Of a stretch of 64,000 nucleotides of DNA, positions 11,785-31,563 are shown one piece after another. The stretch spans positions 141,692 through 205,691 of the forward strand of contig NIVC01000704.1 of the NCBI GenBank assembly GCA_002269645.1, read 5' to 3'. A model generated the notes under the pieces. That model was given only the letters and a program-made list of their open reading frames with translations. It did no database searches and was not told the origin of the DNA. Within the stretch, counting starts at the first letter, position 1; every line of letters starts with the position of its first letter. This DNA is from Macrostomum lignano. Lineage: Eukaryota. Both the position numbers and the translations under genes were made by a program.

Positions 11785-12095
11785 GGTGAGGAGAGATAAG
11801 GGGGATAAGGGGAGATAAGGAGAGATAAAGGGAGATAATCAGAGATAAAGGGAGATAAGGGGTGATAAGAGGAGATAAGGGGAGATAAGGGGAGATAAAG
11901 GGAGATAAGGGGAGATAAGGGGAGAAAAGGGGAGATATGGGCAGATAAGGGGAGAAAATCAGAGATTAAAAGAAAAGTAGGAGAAAGGAAAAGGAAGAAA
12001 GGAGAAAAGGAGAAAGGAGAATTAATGGAGAAAGAGCAGCAAGCAGGTAAAAAAGCAAACAAGAAAAGATGAAGCCAGACATGCGAGAAGACGGA
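11785..12095 (+). repeat. Dispersed repeat copy 2: (GGGGAGATAA)n plus a unique tail
   Basis: Same structure and orientation as 6120-6355. Confidence 0.8.
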
Positions 12096-12107
12096 GACTC
12101 ACCCATA

Positions 12108-12590
12108 AACTCATGAACTCATGAACTCATAAAACTCATGAACTCATGAACTCATAAAACTCAGGAACTCATGAACTCATAAAACTCATGAACTCATAAA
12201 ACTCATGAACTCATGAACTCATAAAACTCATGAACTCATAAAACTCATGAACTCATAAAACTCATGAACTCATGAACTCATGAACTCATGAACTCATGAA
12301 CTCATGAACTCATAAAACTCATGAACTCATGAACTCATGAACTCATAAAACTCATGAACTCATGAACTCATAAAACTCATGAACTCATAAAACTTATGAA
12401 CTCATAAAACTCATGAACTCATGAACTCATAAAACTCATGAACTCATGAACTCATGAACTCATGAACTCATAAAACTTATGAACTCATAAAACTCATGAA
12501 CTCATGAACTCATAAAACTCATGAACTCATGAACTCATGAACTCATGAACTCATAAAACTCATGAACTCATGAACTCATGAACTCACAAC
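12108..12590 (+). repeat. Mixed 8/10-bp satellite (AACTCATG / AACTCATAAA)n
   Basis: Direct reading; shares ATGAACTC with the 10546-11398 array. Confidence 0.95.
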
Positions 12591-13151
12591 TCAGTTTGAT
12601 TAACGCTTGCTTCATGTTTAAATATTTGCCTGTCGGCATTCTCGATGGTATCACGAGCTAGCTAGTTGCTTCTTGTTAAAATGTTATCAATTTTGACGCG
12701 TTGCAGCCCTCGCCTTCCAGTATCTGCCGCCTTTCTTGGCGCAGCTGACGCCGGATCGGAGAGCTCTGACAGCCATTTTGCACTGCAGCACAAATTTTGA
12801 AAACACATTTTCCCGAATAAAATCAGTCAAAATGTTCTCGTACGGAGGCGGCTTTGGTTTCCACAATTTGCTTCCGGGATGTCGGCTTTGAGTTCAACAG
12901 ATTTGAGAGCAGTTTTGGCCCGGCTCTCCCACAGGATTCGGTCAAATCAATTTCCGGACTGGCCAGGATGGCGTGAAGATCCTGGCGCACAGAATCGCAT
13001 TGGCTTTACAGACTCGAGACGACTCAGCTTCCATTCTGATGGAGTCGCTTTGAGCTGGCATTGGGCTGGGCTCCAACGGCCCGGTACCGCTTCACGGTTT
13101 CCAAGGACTGCACATGATGACGAGTGGCCAATATTTTCTCTCTTTTGTCCT

Positions 13152-14071
13152 CTGAGTCTACATCTCACTCTCTCCCTCTCACCCACCTTCCCTCACCTGC
13201 TTATCAGCCTGAGTCTACATCTCACTCTCTCCCTCTCACCCACCTTCCCTCACCTGCTTATCAGCCTGAGTCTACATCTCACTCTCTCCCTCTCACCCAC
13301 CTTCCCTCACCTGCTTATCAGCCTGAGTCTACATCTCACTCTCTCTCTCACCCACCTTCCCTCACCTGCTTATCAGCCTGAGTCTACATCTCACTCTCTC
13401 CCTCTCACCCACCTTCCCTCACCTGCTTATCAGCCTGAGTCTACATCTCACTCTCTCCCTCTCACCCACCTTCCCTCACCTGCTTATCAGCCTGAGTCTA
13501 CATCTCACTCTCTCCCTCTCACCCACCTTCCCTCACCTGCTTCTCAGCCTGAGTCTACATCTCACTCTCTCCCTCTCACCCACCTTCCCTCACCTGCTTA
13601 TCAGTCTGAGTCTACATCTCACTCTCTCCCTCTCACCCACCTTCCCTCACCTGCTTATCAGCCTGAGTCTACATCTCACTCTCTCCCTCTCACCCACCTT
13701 CCCTCACCTGCTTATCAGCCTGAGTCTACATCTCACTCTCTCCCTCTCACCCACCTTCCCTCACCTGCTTCTCAGCCTGAGTCTACATCTCACTCTCTCC
13801 CTCTCACCCACCTTCCCTCACCTGCTTATCAGCCTGAGTCTACATCTCACTCTCTCTCTCACCCACCTTCCCTCACCTGCTTCTCAGCCTGAGTCTACAT
13901 CTCACTCTCTCCCCCTCACCCACCTTCCCTCACCTGCTTATCAGCCTGAGTCTACATCTCACTCTCTCTCTCACCCACCTTCCCTCACCTGCTTCTCAGC
14001 CTGAGTCTACATCTCACTCTCTCCCCCTCACCCACCTTCCCTCACCTGCTTATCAGCCTGAGTCTACATCT
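13152..14071 (+). repeat. 57-bp minisatellite, ~16 copies; the minus strand of each unit contains CAG|GTGAGG
   Basis: Unit CTGAGTCTACATCTCACTCTCTCCCTCTCACCCACCTTCCCTCACCTGCTTATCAGC; unit starts at 13152 and 13209. Confidence 0.95.
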
Positions 14072-15295
14072 TGAGCAGTGAGGGTCAACCAAAGCGGATG
14101 ACTGGGCAGTGAAAACGCCTGGGCCGCTTCAAAGCTGAGATACAATGCTCCCCCAGCCTTGTGCTAAGTAAACAGCACCAGCCCCATCTGCTGCATTCAC
14201 TTTGCCTCCTCGCTCCCTTCAGGCCTTTTAGCATATGAGCTACTCAGCAGCCACGCACACTCGCCTTGATAAAAAACGGTTTAGCTATTCGAACTGAACA
14301 GGCCCGGGCGCATTTATTTTGCCACTAAAGTACTTATTAACTATGCAGACTACGCAGCTGTCAGCGCTCAGCCAGTTAGTGCTCAGAGAGAGAGGCTGGG
14401 CCAGACCGACAGCCCGGTTCTGAAGCAGTCTGCCATATTTTCCAATTCAGACAAATGCCCGACTGATTTGACAAATGGAATGGAGTTTAAAACAGATTTA
14501 ATTATACTGGAGTGGCTCAACTTGCGTGCTCGGCCCTGGTGCTTCCTTTCTGCTGTTCTGTTTTTAGAAAGCTGACATTAATCAGTTTCGCGGAAAGTCT
14601 GGCTTCTGGCTTCAGCTAATATTTTCAAGGAATGAATTATATGCATAACTTAAGTAGGTAATACAAGTGCAAGTTGTAAAACAACTACTTTGGTAGTGCA
14701 GCAATGATCCACATAATCCAATCAAATGCGTGGAAGGGGCAGAGAGGGAGGACAAGCTTAAAGCCCTCTCAGCCAATCAGCAGTGAGGAAGGGGCAGAGA
14801 GGAAGGGCAAGCTTACAGCCAATGACCGAAAAGTAAGAAAAATACTCAATGCTTTTAAAAATAAAAGGAATTGACCAGCCCATTGAGTATCAGGGAAATT
14901 AAAGCATGAATGAAAAACTGGACACAAATATCTGATGATGACAGTTTTATAATTCTGAGTTCTCAAATTTCTCCCAAGCGTGCCAGTTGCACGCTTTTGC
15001 CCCCCCACCCCCTCACTGTGGCCAGATGTGGCTGTCAAGCCTGATAAGGATAAGATTGGAAAAGATAAGTGGGTCCAACTATTCAGCAGTATTAAACCCA
15101 TCTATCCAAAACCATCCAGTTTAGCGCCAAAATAGCGCTGCATGTTGAATCTAAAGATAAAGAAACAAAACTGTACTGATCGGCCATTAAAGTTGAATGA
15201 GAAATTTGGGACACGAAAGAACATGAAGCAGTCAAGACAGGAGACGCCGCTGGTGACCCAGATGTTTGCTTATGAATCAATATGCGATCTCGTAG

Positions 15296-15351
15296 GCAGA
15301 TGTGTAAAGATGAGCAAACAATTGTTTTCGGTGTCGAAAAGTTTTCGACAG
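15296..15351 (+). other. Candidate 56-nt exon (QMCKDEQTIVFGVEKFST), gene unassigned
   Basis: ctcgtag| ... GACAG|gtgaga. The donor is the start of the 20-mer array. Confidence 0.3.
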
Positions 15352-16320
15352 GTGAGATGAAGACAGCTGGGGTGAGATGAAGACAGCTGGGGTGAGATGA
15401 AGACAGCTGGGGTGAGATGAAGACAGCTGGGGTGAGATGAAGACAGATGGGGTGAGATGAAGACAGCTGGGGTGAGATGAAGACAGCTGGGGTGAGATGA
15501 AGACAGCTGGGGTGAGATGAAGACAGCTGGGGTGAGATGAAGACAGCTGGGGTGAGATGAAGACAGCTGGGGTGAGATGAAGACAGCTGGGGTGAGATGA
15601 AGACAGCTGGGGTGAGATGAAGACAGCTGGGGTGAGATGAAGACAGCTGGGGTGAGATGAAGACAGCTGGGGTGAGATGAAGACAGCTGGGGTGAGATGA
15701 AGACAGCTGGGGTGAGATGAAGACAGCTGGGGTGAGATGAAGACAGATGGGGTGAGATGAAGACAGCTGGGGTGAGATGAAGACAGCTGGGGTGAGATGA
15801 AGACAGCTGGGGTGAGATGAAGACAGCTGGGGTGAGATGAAGACAGCTGGGGTGAGATGAAGACAGCTGGGGTGAGATGAAGACAGCTGGGGTGAGATGA
15901 AGACAGCTGGGGTGAGATGAAGACAGCTGGGGTGAGATGAAGACAGCTGGGGTGAGATGAAGACAGCTGGGGTGAGATGAAGACAGCTGGGGTGAGATGA
16001 AGACAGCTGGGGTGAGATGAAGACAGATGGGGTGAGATGAAGACAGCTGGGGTGAGATGAAGACAGCTGGGGTGAGATGAAGACAGCTGGGGTGAGATGA
16101 AGACAGCTGGGGTGAGATGAAGACAGATGGGGTGAGATGAAGACAGCTGGGGTGAGATGAAGACAGCTGGGGTGAGATGAAGACAGCTGGGGTGAGATGA
16201 AGACAGCTGGGGTGAGATGAAGACAGCTGGGGTGAGATGAAGACAGCTGGGGTGAGATGAAGACAGCTGGAGTGAGTCTGGAGTGAGCTGGAAACAGCTG
16301 AGGTGAGCTGGAGTGAGTCC
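15352..16320 (+). repeat. 20-bp minisatellite (GTGAGATGAAGACAGCTGGG)n, ~46 copies
   Basis: Highly homogeneous tandem units. Confidence 0.97.
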
Positions 16321-17030
16321 CGATGGGATCCAACGCAGTCCCATAGCAACTAAAATTGTCAGCGAGTCCAGAGAGGAAGCAATAAACTTGAATAAACCAT
16401 CAGAATCTGCTGGCAAAGCACCATGGCGTCCTTAGCAGAGAAATACTCGTAAAAAACTTTGCCATAAAGAATCCCCAGCCACTTTTCCCGGTTCACCAAC
16501 TACAGACGGGTCTCTGTGGGCACCGTAAAAGCAGCGCAGAAATGCTAAAAAAGCATGAGTAAACCAGTATGCTGGATCAGGGAGAATGGGGGACTCCATA
16601 CCCAATGGGGTAAGCAAATTGTATTGTCATCGGCCCAGACTCCGTATAGGGATGCAGCGCATTGTGCTTCACTATTCCCCTGACTCGCGAATTTTTTTCT
16701 GCGGTATCGTCCCTGCATGGGAGAAATCCCACTATGATAATCGGCTGAGATTTCAACCCGCAGGCTTTTATTGCCTCCAAGAAACACCTAGCGGGCCTTG
16801 AGGCACTGTCAGCATCCAGATTGTATTCACCAGGGCGACCACAGCCACCGAGCATTTATTTTACTTATATTATTATTAATATCGTTAATGAGATTAGTTA
16901 TTGCAGCAACACACTTATTTTGGTACTTTAACAATTGGAGCAGCAGTGCTCGAGTGTTTATGAAACAAAGTACGCGAACCCCGTTAACCCCGGTCCCCAT
17001 GGGCGGGGCTGTGTGGCACATCACTCTCAG

Positions 17031-18911
17031 TCAGACTCGGCTCCTCCTGACTGCGGACTGCGGCCTCCGCTCCGGCATGTCGGTCAGGGGGAGCAGCCGG
17101 CTCTCGAGCCAGACGTCGCCGCCGCCGCCGCCGCCGCCGCCTCGGCTGCTGTCGCCGCCCCCACCGCGGCCGAAGTCGTTGTTCTCGCAGTTGAAATTCT
17201 CGCCAGGCCGCTGGCGCCGCTGCTGAAGGCGCGACGCTGCCGCCGACCTGACGCGGCTGCGCAGGTGCCAGCAGAGGCGGATCAGCAGCTCCAGCAGCTC
17301 GACAATCCAGATGAGAGTCAGGCCGATCCACATGGACAGCAGGCCGCCAATCTGGCTCAGCGTGGACGCCAGGGTGCGCACCGGCTTGTCGCGGAGCTGC
17401 ACAACTGCGAAGTCCTTCCGCGTGACCTTCAGCGTCAGGAAGCTCTTGGAGATGAGCCCGTGCCGGCTGATGAGCTGCGTGGCGGCGTCTTTGTCCGTGG
17501 CGGCCAGGCGCTTGACCTTCAGGTAGAGCTGCTGGATCTGCGCCTCCTCCTTGTGCGCCTGGCTGACTTCGGCGTCCAGCGAGACGCTCTGGCCCAGCCT
17601 CAGCCCGGACGGGCGCCACAGCTCGCTGTTGAACAGGTGCAGCTGCATGGACTCACGCGGCCACTGAGCCTGCGTTGTGGACGTGTCGAAGGTCAGGGAG
17701 CTGCAGGGCTGCGGGCAGTCCGAATCAACGGAGCGGAACATCCCCAGCAGGCCGCAGCGGCTGCGGAGGGCCGCCCGCGCCAGGCCTGCGGGCGTAAACG
17801 TGTTGATGTCGCTGTCCAGACGCTCGCAGAAGGCGGACGCGTTGGCCACGGAGTGCGGCAGGACGGCAAAAGTGCAGCCGCACTGCTGCTCGATCAGCTG
17901 CTGCTGCCGGGCCTTCTTGCAGGCGTCCCGCGAGTAGCCGAACCGGTGCCCGTACAGGCTGATGTCGCCGGCCTCGATGTCCTGGCACTCGCCGTGTGGC
18001 GGCTTCAACCGGGTCCAGTTGCTGGTGCTGAAGCGGACCTCGGTGAGGGTGCCAGGGTAGACGTTGAAGCCCTCCTTGGACACGTCCGGGAAGCTGCCGT
18101 TCTCGTGCAGCACGATGCGGGCGCCAGTGATCTGCGTGTTCATGTCCATGTTGATGCAGTCATCGCAGGGCAGGCCGAGGTCATGGCCGAGGAATAGCCG
18201 CATCTCCATCTCTACCACCGGGTTGTTGCCGCCCGCCTGCACCGAGTAGGTGAAGCAGTTCAGCCGGTTCTGGTCGTGCACCCGACGCCAGGTGCCAACA
18301 GCATCGCATTGCGGACTTTTCACCGGCGGCTCCTTGTCTTCATCCAGGTTGCGGACCACCAGGTAGCAGCTGCGAATCAGCTGGTCCTTGGCGAAGCCGA
18401 GGTCAGAGACGGAATGCCCGAACGGCAGGTTGGAGAAGTAGGCGTTGAGTGAGAACAGGCCCGGCAGGTATTGGTCCACGTGGTGCCGCTCCGCCTTGGT
18501 GAGTTCCAGCCGGCTCAGGTTGCGCTTGACGCCAAGGATGGCCTTCCAGAAATCACGCGGCGAGCGCCAGCCGCTGCTGTACATGAGCTTGCGGCCGCTG
18601 ACGGACAGCGGGATCTGGTTGCACACCGTGATGGACGGGAAGGCGGCGTCCGGCCGCAGCTGGTGGACGGGCATTTGTACGACGTCGTAGGCCAGGTAGA
18701 GGGAGACGATTTGGTGCAGGTTGAGCACACAGGCGAGCACCAGGGCGCTGACAAAGCCGAGCCACAGGGCGCGCAGGAGGCGGCTGTCAGCCGAGACGAT
18801 TCGCGGGATTCCGCGCAGGCTGGTGCCGCGGCAGAAGCGCAGCAGAATCTCCTTGGCGGTCTCGCCGTCCGGCTCCTGGTCGGGAGCGGCTTTGGCGGCC
18901 GCTGTCGGCAT
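17031..18911 (-). CDS. Intronless DEG/ENaC (amiloride-sensitive sodium channel family) subunit, 626 aa
   Basis: FCRGTSLRGIPRI pre-TM1, TM1 ALWLGFVSALVLACVL, FPSITVCN, GARIVLHENGSFP, GFNVYPG, PPHGEC, Cys-rich thumb CGC...CPQPC, TM2 LSQIGGLLSMWIGLTLIWIVELLEL. High GC3. Confidence 0.93.
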   Translation of the reverse strand: MPTAAAKAAPDQEPDGETAKEILLRFCRGTSLRGIPRIVSADSRLLRALWLGFVSALVLACVLNLHQIVSLYLAYDVVQMPVHQLRPDAAFPSITVCNQIPLSVSGRKLMYSSGWRSPRDFWKAILGVKRNLSRLELTKAERHHVDQYLPGLFSLNAYFSNLPFGHSVSDLGFAKDQLIRSCYLVVRNLDEDKEPPVKSPQCDAVGTWRRVHDQNRLNCFTYSVQAGGNNPVVEMEMRLFLGHDLGLPCDDCINMDMNTQITGARIVLHENGSFPDVSKEGFNVYPGTLTEVRFSTSNWTRLKPPHGECQDIEAGDISLYGHRFGYSRDACKKARQQQLIEQQCGCTFAVLPHSVANASAFCERLDSDINTFTPAGLARAALRSRCGLLGMFRSVDSDCPQPCSSLTFDTSTTQAQWPRESMQLHLFNSELWRPSGLRLGQSVSLDAEVSQAHKEEAQIQQLYLKVKRLAATDKDAATQLISRHGLISKSFLTLKVTRKDFAVVQLRDKPVRTLASTLSQIGGLLSMWIGLTLIWIVELLELLIRLCWHLRSRVRSAAASRLQQRRQRPGENFNCENNDFGRGGGGDSSRGGGGGGGGDVWLESRLLPLTDMPERRPQSAVRRSRV

Positions 18912-19859
18912 CGCAGCTGGTTGATGGAGAATCGCAGTCTGTGGAGCTGGGAGGCCGGCTGGGGGGGGGGCGGCTGGCTGGACAGATAAAATGCGAAGAA
19001 GCCTTCATAAACCAAATTTGCGAGCCAATGAAGCGAGACCTGGCCTGCCCAGCCTCTCAGGCGCCTCATCTCTCCCAGCCGGGCCGAACTCAGGCTCCCG
19101 GGTCACGGGAGCATCCCGGCCGTTCTCAAGTTGGCCCGTCACCGGAGTCGCCGAGGTGAGGAATTCGAGAGCAAGGCGAAGCGATGATAATTCTCCCATG
19201 GGAACTGATGGGGAAGAGTCGATGATGGAAGCTGGGATCGAAAAACTGGGTCGGATTTTGGGAAGCCGGCGGTAAGCTGAGGAGTTTGGTTGGAGAAGAA
19301 GAACAAGCCGAAGTTGTGGTACATCTCAGTAGCCTGCGGACTTGAGGCACAAATTCTGTACGGGCAGGCAGGCAGGCAGCATGGCGCAGTGGAATTCTGA
19401 CCAGTTCAAATCAAAATGTGACAGACATTCGCAGACGGTTTGAGTGCAGCCGGCAGTGCAAATCATTTCTATAATTGCCAGCCCGCTCAGCCCAGACCGC
19501 ACATCTGGCAGCGCACGATTGTGGGTGCAGCCACAATAAGCAAAGCAGATTCGAACTGGCTCTGCCCGGATTGAATAGTCGAGTGCCAGCGAGAATCTAA
19601 TTAGATTGGGAGCGGGGTGCCAGGAGATCGAGTGACCGCTCGCTTAACTGACAATATGGGAATCCCTTATGGACATTTCTAAAATGCATTTGCCTTGTAT
19701 TTCTGTAAGCAAATTAGCGCTGAAGTCGAATGATTCTACTTTAAGTAGACGATGAGCGCATGTCCTGATTTTTAATTCACAAAAACAGAGGCAAATGCAA
19801 GACGGGAAAGAAAATGTGGAAGGTAATAGATATAGAGCGATTTATGCGGTTTATTGGGA

Positions 19860-20835
19860 GCGATAGAGGTAGGGAAAGGGCGAGGGAGAGAGGAGAGGGA
19901 GAGAGAGGGAGATGGAGATTAAGAAGAGGGAACAGGAGAGGGAGATTGAGATGGAGAAGAAGAGGGAAGATTGAGATGGAGAGGGAGAGGGAGAGGGAGA
20001 GGGAGATTAAGAAGGAGAGGGAGAGGGAGAGGGAGAGGGAGATTAAGAAGAGGGAACGGGAGAGGGAGAGGGAGATTAAGAGGAGGGAACGGGAGAGGGA
20101 GAGGGAGATTGAGATGGAGAGGGAGAGGGAGAGGGAGAGGGAGATTAAGAAGGAGAGGGAGAGGGAGAGGGAGAGGGAGATTAAGAAGAGGGAACGGGAG
20201 AGGGAGAGGGAGATTAAGAGGAGGGAACGGGAGAGGGAGAGGGAGATTAAGAGGAGGGAACGGGAGAGGGAGAGGGAGATTAAGAAGAGGGAACGGGAGA
20301 GATTGAGATGGAGAAGAAGAGGGAAGATTGAGATGGAGAGGGAATGGGAGAGGGAGAGGGAGATTGAGAGGAGGGAACGGGAGAGGGAGAGGGAGATTAA
20401 GATGGAGAGGAAGAGGGAAGATTGAGATGGAGAGGGAATGGGAGAGGGAGAAGGAGATTGAGAGGAGGGAACGGGAGAGGGAGAGGGAGATTGAGAGGAG
20501 GGAACGGGAGAGGGAGAGGGAGATTAAGAGGAGGGAACGGGAGAGGGAGAGGGAGATTAAGATGGAGAGGGAATGGGAGAGGGAGAAGGAGATTGAGAGG
20601 AGGGAACGGGAGAGGGAGAGGGAGATTGAGAGGAGGGAACGGGAGAGGGAGAGGGAGATTAAGAGGAGGGAACGGGAGAGGGAGAGGGAGATTAAGATGG
20701 AGAGGGAATGGGAGAGGGAGAAGGAGATTGAGAGGAGGGAACGGGAGAGGGAGAGGGAGATTGAGAGGAGGGAACGGGAGAGGGAGAGGGAGATTAAGAG
20801 GAGGGAACGGGAGAGGGAGAGGGAGATTAAGAGGA
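19860..20835 (+). repeat. Purine-rich ~33-bp minisatellite (GGGAGAGGGAGAGGGAGATTAAGAGGAGGGAAC)n
   Basis: Direct reading. Confidence 0.9.
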
Positions 20836-21679
20836 TAATAGGGGAACGAGAGTAAAAGAGGGAAAGGAAGCGGAGAGAGGATGAGAGGAGGGAGAGAGGA
20901 AGGGGAGGATAGAGAGAGATGGGGAGAGACAAAGGGCGGTATTGGAATGCCGAGATTGGAGACAAGATTGGGCTGAGGGCGGGTCAGCCAGTCCAGTCAC
21001 CCATGCCTGACCAGGAGCGCACTGGCTGCTCCAGCTGCAGAATCCGAGGGCTCTCGAGAAAGCCGTTCACTCTAGTTCTCGGCCAGTCACAATTGCCAAC
21101 GGCTGCCCTGCATGACGGACTCCATTGTCTATGCTGAGAGCAAATACTCAGCCAACTGTTTCAGCTCAGCTCGTGCTCAAACTCAAACATGTGTTGTTTG
21201 AGAGCTTTCGGAGAGGAAACCAGGCAGCAAAAGGAAAGAGTTGATGACTGGCGCAGTTGGATGGGAGATCTTGCTGTAATCGGTTTCTTTGCAAGCAACG
21301 CAGTCTTCTTCTTTCCGACTAAAATCGCCAAGCAATTTTGTGGTCGCCCCTTTTGCTCAGCGCACTGCAGGCCATCTGGAAATCCGAGCCTTCTATCAAT
21401 GGAAAGCCCCAGGCTCGGCAAGACCTCATGCCGGCTCTAATGGCCAATTTATGCGTTGCTACCTGCTGGCTGAAGCCCCACAGGATTTCAGGCAGCGCTT
21501 GAATTTTTCCCTGCTGAGGGGAGCTTTGCAGCTAGGGGGGGGGGGCTCCCGGATGTGGCCAAATGCTGAGCTGCAGACGCTCGGGACAGCGCGACTTAAA
21601 GGCTTAAAGAGGTGCTTTGGAAGGAGACCGGAGGCAACAGGTATTGGGGCCAGTTCAGGAAGGGAATTGATAAGGGGTA

Positions 21680-22500
21680 CTTCATGTACTGGGGTTGGGG
21701 CAGTTCATGTATTGGGGTTGGGGCAGTTCATGTACTGGGGTTGGGGCAGTTCATGTACTGGGTTTGAGGCAGTTCAGGGACTGGGATTGGGGCAGTTCAT
21801 GTACTAGGGTTGGGGCAGTTCAGGGACTGGGATTGGGGCAGTTCATGTACTAGGGTTGGGGCAGTTCATGTACTAGGGTTGGGGCAGTTCATGTACTGGG
21901 GTTGGGGCAGTTCATGTACTAGGGTTGGGGACAGGAATTCAAGACAGATCAGGGACAGGACTTCAAGACAGATCAGGGACAGGACTTCAAGACAGATAAG
22001 GGACAGGACTTCAAGACCGATAAGGGACAGGACTTCAAGACCGATAAGGGACAGGACTTCAAGACAGATCAGGGACAGGACTTCAAGACAGATCAGGGAC
22101 AGGAATTCAAGACAGATGTGGGACAGGACTTCAAGACAGATCTGAGACAGGAATTTAAGACAGATGTGGGACAGGACTTCAAGACAGATCTGAGACAGGA
22201 ATTCAAGACAGATGTGGGACAGGAACTCAAGACAGATGTGGGACAGGACTTCAAGACAGATGTGGGACAGGAACTCAAGACGGATCTGAGACAGGACTTC
22301 AAGACAGATATGGGACAGGAACTCAAGACAGATCTGGGACAGGAATTCAAGACAGATGTGGGACAGGAATTCAAGACAGATGTGGGACAGGAACTCAAGA
22401 CAGATCTGAGACAGGACTTCAAGACAGATATGGGACAGGACTTCAAGACAGATGTGGGACAGGAACTCAAGACAGATCTGGGACAGGAACTCAAGACATC
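21680..22500 (+). repeat. Two abutting minisatellites: 23-mer (GGGGCAGTTCATGTACTGGGGTT)n then 24-mer (GGGACAGGACTTCAAGACAGATGT)n
   Basis: The switch occurs at about 21927. Confidence 0.92.
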
Positions 22501-22861
22501 TGGGACTGTTTTCACAGCCACAGCCAATAAGGAATATAGTTTTCTCAGAAACTAACTGAACTGGGCAGTTAATCGCAGCTGATGTTTCAAGGTGCCTCAC
22601 CCCTGGAAGTTCTGACGTCACAGACAAACTATAAATAGGCTTGGCTGGAAAATTCCGAACCAATTTTAGATCAACACGGGGGCGCCCTGCTAGGCACTAG
22701 CGAATTGCGGAAAATGATTTGGCAGTCCAGCTGTGACCACCCTGTTTTTTTCATTTTTTAAGCTTTTGCTCAGGCCGCTTGCTCAATTAATTGTGTTCTG
22801 TCTGCAGCTGAAGTCTTCAGGCTCCAATGTCCTCGATAATAGACCCGGAAACTACCGACTT

Positions 22862-23975
22862 CTCTTCTATTCTTATCTCTCCCCATCCCTCTCCATTCTT
22901 ATCTCTCTCCATCAATCTCCATTCTTATCTCTCTCCATCCCTCTCCATTCTTATCTCTCTCCATCCCTCTCCATTCTTATCTCTCTCCATCCCTCTCCAT
23001 TCTTATCTCTCTCCATCCCTCTCCATTCTTATCTCTCTCCATCCCTCTCCATTCTTATCTCTCTCCATCCCTCTCCATTCTTATCTCTCTCCATCCCTCT
23101 CCATTCTTATCTCTCTCCATCCCTCTCCATTCTTATCTCTCTCCATCCCTCTCCATTCTTATCTCTCTCCATCCCTCTCCATTCTTATCTCTCTCCATCC
23201 CTCTCCATTCTTATCTCTCTCCATCCCTCTCCATTCTTATCTCTCTCCATCCCTCTCCATTCTTATCTCTCTCCATCCCTCTCCATTCTTATCTCTCTCC
23301 ATCCCTCTCCATTCTTATCTCTCCCATCCCTCTCCATTCTTATCTCTCCCATCCCTCTCCATTCTTATCTGTCCCATCCCTCTCCATTCTTATCTGTCCC
23401 ATCCCTCTCCATTCTTATCTCTCCATCCCTCTCCATTCTTATCTCTCCCATCCCTCTCCATTCTTATCTCTCTCCATCCCTCTCCATTCTTATCTCTCTC
23501 CATCCCTCTCCATTCTTATCTCTCCATCCCTCTCCATTCTTATCTCTCCCATCCCTCTCCATTCTTATCTGTCCCATCCCTCTCCATTCTTATCTCTCCC
23601 ATCCCTCTCCATTCTTATCTCTCCATCCCTCTCCATTCTTATCTCTCCCATCCCTCTCCATTCTTATCTGTCCCATCCCTCTCCATTCTTATCTCTCCCA
23701 TCCCTCTCCATTCTTATCTCTCCCATCCCTCTCCATTCTTATCTCTCCCATCCCTCTCCATTCTTATCTCTCCCATCCCTCTCCATTCTTATCTCTCCCA
23801 TCCCTCTCCATTCTTATCTGTCCCATCCTTCTCCATTCTTATCTCTCCCATCCCTCTCCATTCTTATCTCTCCCATCCCTCTCCATTCTTATCTCTCCCA
23901 TCCCTCTCCATTCTTATCTCTCCCATCCCTCTCCATTCTCATCTCTCCCCATCTCTCTCCATTATCATCTCCCCT
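22862..23975 (+). repeat. Pyrimidine-rich 24-26-bp minisatellite (ATCCCTCTCCATTCTTATCTCTCTCC)n
   Basis: Direct reading. Confidence 0.95.
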
Positions 23976-24357
23976 TCATACATTATACAGATTGAACTGA
24001 CGATGCAGCGGTTCTCAGTTTGCTCACAATCAGAAAGTCGGCATGTATTTCTTCAGATGCTCCAAGCCGGCTCACGACATGCAATGAGATTCTGAGACTA
24101 ATTCAGCCGAGCGTAAAGCAAAATAGCATTGGACAGAATCCACTACGAATGCTTTGAAAAAGTTCAACCTGGGCGGCGCTTTCGTGTGCGCTGGAGACGG
24201 GTGGAGAGGGCTAAGCAGTACATGCACAATATATGTATTTACAACACGCCCCATCAATTAGGATGGCTATTAGAAGCAAAGCGACACTTGTACAATGGAA
24301 TTTCACGAGAAGGGAAAGAAAAAATAGAGAGGCTCTTTCTAAAAGATATGTTTCTCG

Positions 24358-31563
<7,206 letters not shown>

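Noticed and set aside
12800-14140. Possible exons, including a cadherin-like DFE...LTLTAQDVDS reading on minus and ORF 12879 on plus
   Set aside because: The cadherin-like frame hits TGA before the donor, and competing frames on both strands are equally plausible; no consistent model.
10618-16416. MNSL/MSEF, LSLHLT and SSHPSCLHL repeat ORFs
   Set aside because: Satellite translation artefacts.
16935-18197. 420-aa plus-strand ORF
   Set aside because: Antisense shadow of the GC3-rich ENaC gene; no recognisable motifs.
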